A DNA stretch of 64,000 bases, taken from assembly GCA_044869275.1 (NCBI GenBank), contig JBIOXB010000168.1:1-64000 (forward strand), in the 5' to 3' direction. Below, one piece after another: positions 61,759-64,000 of this stretch. Made by a program: the position numbers and the translations under genes. Positions within the stretch are counted from its first letter, which is position 1, and each line of letters starts with the position of its first letter. Under the pieces are notes generated by a model. It saw only the letters and a list, made by a program, of their open reading frames with translations, searched no databases and was not told the DNA's origin. Source of the stretch: a bacterium (GTDB taxonomy: Bacteria; Zhuqueibacterota; Zhuqueibacteria; Zhuqueibacterales; Zhuqueibacteraceae).

Positions 61759-62167
61759 TGCGGAGCTCCCTTGGAACCTGTGTTGATCACGCTTGGCGCG
61801 CGACTGAAACGAATTTTCACCATCCTGGTCATGCGGATGGGAAAACGATTGGAAGAAGGGCAAGAATCAGGAAGGATCGGTTCGTAAACCGGGCTGCGGC
61901 GGGCGGCTGAGTCTATTTTGATAATGCAGAGCATGAGATTCCCTGCTTTTTGGGCGCATGCAATATGCACAATCAAGTTAGTGATGTCAAGGGGAAAATC
62001 CAAGTCTCTAAAACCAAAGCCCAAAAACCAAATCCCAAATAAGCCCAAGTGATCAAAGTTTGAAGCGCAAAGATGCAAAAAGTAAGGGCTTTGCTTATGA
62101 ATTGAGATTTGGAAATTATCTGGACACAGGATTTGTGTTTTGTGCTTTGTGCTTTGGAATTTGGAAT

Positions 62168-63553
62168 TTAAACCTCAAACTCCTCCTCCTCATGTGGCAC
62201 ATGCACGTTTTGAAAGCCCAACGCCCGAATGCGCTGCGCCAGCGGTTCGGATTGATCCGGCTCGCCGTGCACCAGGAAAATATGTTTGAGCTTTTGGGGG
62301 TTTTGGTGCTTGATCAATTGCAAAAGCTCGTCGCGATCCGCATGCGCGCTCAGGCCGTCCAGCTTTTTCACCTCACATCTTCTCTCATAAAAATCCCCCA
62401 AAATCCTGACCGGAGTGATACCTTCGGCCAGGCGCCGGCCCAGCGTGTGCTCGGCCATGAAGCCCACAATCAGCACGCAATTCTCAGGCTGGCCGATGTT
62501 GTGGGCGAGGTGGTGCAAAACTCTTCCGGCTTCGGCCATGCCTGAAGCGGCAATGATGATGGCGGGGGTTTTGAGATCATTGAGTTTTTTCGAAGACTCC
62601 ACGTCGCGCACGTATGTCAAACGCTTGAAACCGAAAGGATCAAGCCCGTCTTTCAAAAAGAGGCGATACGTTTCTTGATCAAAACACTCCGGGTGCAGGC
62701 GAAAGATTTCGGTGGCGTTGACGGAAAGCGGGCTGTCGACGTATATCGGAATTTCCGGAATGCGATTTTCCTGCCACAGTTTGTGTAAATAATACACCAG
62801 CGCCTGAGTGCGGCCCACGGAAAATGCGGGAATGATGATTTTGCCGCCGCGCTGGTAAACGCTGTTTGTGGTCTGCGCCAGAGCTTCAGTAAGATTGTCG
62901 TAATTGTCGTGCAGCTTGTCGCCGTACGTGCTTTCCATGATGAGCACGTCGAGATCGTTCAGAAGTTCGGGATCCCGCAAGATCGGCGCACGCGGGCGGC
63001 CCCAATCGCCGCTAAAGCCTAAGCGCAGCAACCGGCCGCCTTCGTTCACCTCGAGCGTGACACTGGCCGAGCCTAAAATATGCCCGGCGTCGCGGTAAGT
63101 GGCCTGGACCTGTGGCGTCACCGCGAAGGCACGGTCATAGGCCATGCCCACGAACTGTTGCAGCGCCCGCTCCGCCTCTTCCACGGTGTAAAGCGGCTCG
63201 GCGTCCTCGTGCTTTTTCTTGCGCAGCCACTCGGCATCACGTTCCTGCAAATAAGCGGAATCGCGCAGCATCACGTTGCACAAATCAACGGTCGCGTGCG
63301 TGGCATACACGCTGCCGCCGAAGCCTTGCTTGACCAAGTTCGGAATATTGCCGCAATGGTCGATATGCGCGTGTGAAAGCACGAGCGTATCGAGGCCCGC
63401 TGGATCATGGTGGAAGCTTCTGTTTTTTTGACGGGATTCCTCGCGGTGGCCCTGAAACAAACCGCAATCCAGCAAAATTCTTTTGCCGTTGACCGTGAGC
63501 AAATGTTGTGAGCCTGTAACCTCGCGCGCCGCGCCGCAAAATTTGATGCGCAT
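62168..63553 (-). CDS. MBL-fold beta-CASP ribonuclease
   Basis: GAAREVTGS, LSHAHIDH, AGHILGS, MESTYG, SAHAD, VHGE. Confidence 0.92.
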   Translation of the reverse strand: MRIKFCGAAREVTGSQHLLTVNGKRILLDCGLFQGHREESRQKNRSFHHDPAGLDTLVLSHAHIDHCGNIPNLVKQGFGGSVYATHATVDLCNVMLRDSAYLQERDAEWLRKKKHEDAEPLYTVEEAERALQQFVGMAYDRAFAVTPQVQATYRDAGHILGSASVTLEVNEGGRLLRLGFSGDWGRPRAPILRDPELLNDLDVLIMESTYGDKLHDNYDNLTEALAQTTNSVYQRGGKIIIPAFSVGRTQALVYYLHKLWQENRIPEIPIYVDSPLSVNATEIFRLHPECFDQETYRLFLKDGLDPFGFKRLTYVRDVESSKKLNDLKTPAIIIAASGMAEAGRVLHHLAHNIGQPENCVLIVGFMAEHTLGRRLAEGITPVRILGDFYERRCEVKKLDGLSAHADRDELLQLIKHQNPQKLKHIFLVHGEPDQSEPLAQRIRALGFQNVHVPHEEEEFEV

Positions 63554-63737
63554 GGACATCTCCTGGTTGAAAAGTTGCGGCAATCTATGGCGGGTGGCCA
63601 TGAATGTCAAGCAGAAAATCTTGACTTTGAAAGGTTTTTCATTATTATTCAGCCACCGCTCGATCTGATTGAGCTTTGCTCAAACAGATGAAACGTTCAT
63701 CCTGGTCAAGCGCAACAACACTCAGCTCGGAGGTGAG

Positions 63738-64000
63738 ATGCATTCTCTCAAAATCCTGTTCCTTTTCGCAGCCATACTGCTTGCTGCCCCTCAAAATCTT
63801 TTGGCGCAGTCACGTTCATTGCCAAAAACCTTTTCGCGGGACGCCTCCCATGCCGCCGGCGCCACCGGCAATATTTTGACTGCGCCGTTGCGCTGGCAAG
63901 GGAGCGATTGGGCGAATTTTGGCATGGTGATCGGCGGCACGTTCGCGCTTTCTTTTTTGGATGAAGAGCTCAACGATTATCTGCAAAACCATCGCAGCCA
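63738..64000 (+). CDS. partial exported protein, probably PAP2 family (runs off window)
   Basis: GGAGGTGAG RBS; MHSLKILFLFAAILLAA..APLRWQGSDW..LD; catalytic motifs not in window. Confidence 0.5.
   Translation, partial: MHSLKILFLFAAILLAAPQNLLAQSRSLPKTFSRDASHAAGATGNILTAPLRWQGSDWANFGMVIGGTFALSFLDEELNDYLQNHRS

Overview
64 kb of a moderately GC-rich bacterial chromosome. Type IX-like C-terminal sorting domains and DUF4835, GWxTD, CotH and DUF5916 proteins suggest an FCB-group organism, possibly KSB1-like (inference). Content is mostly housekeeping and envelope genes: rpmB, yajQ, an RlmI-like methyltransferase, a sigma54 two-component system, a class III adenylate cyclase, a GGDEF protein, an amino-acid ABC transporter, xdhC/mocA, polX, nth, lspA and a complete trp operon (trpE-trpG/D-trpC-trpF-trpB-trpA). 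No rRNA, tRNA, CRISPR array, transposase or integrase was recognised. Highlights not shown by the ORF track: (1) a ~1 kb gene-free region with a strong promoter and a nested, potentially structured ~400-nt RNA; (2) a Trp leader peptide and attenuator; (3) two near-identical sigma54 promoters; (4) a 58-aa gene upstream of rpmB; (5) several families of short palindromic intergenic repeats, one of which truncates a gene; (6) five disrupted genes; (7) a (GA)10 tract directly before a start codon. All family assignments come from motif recognition by eye, not database searches. Several starts were shortened relative to the ORF track.
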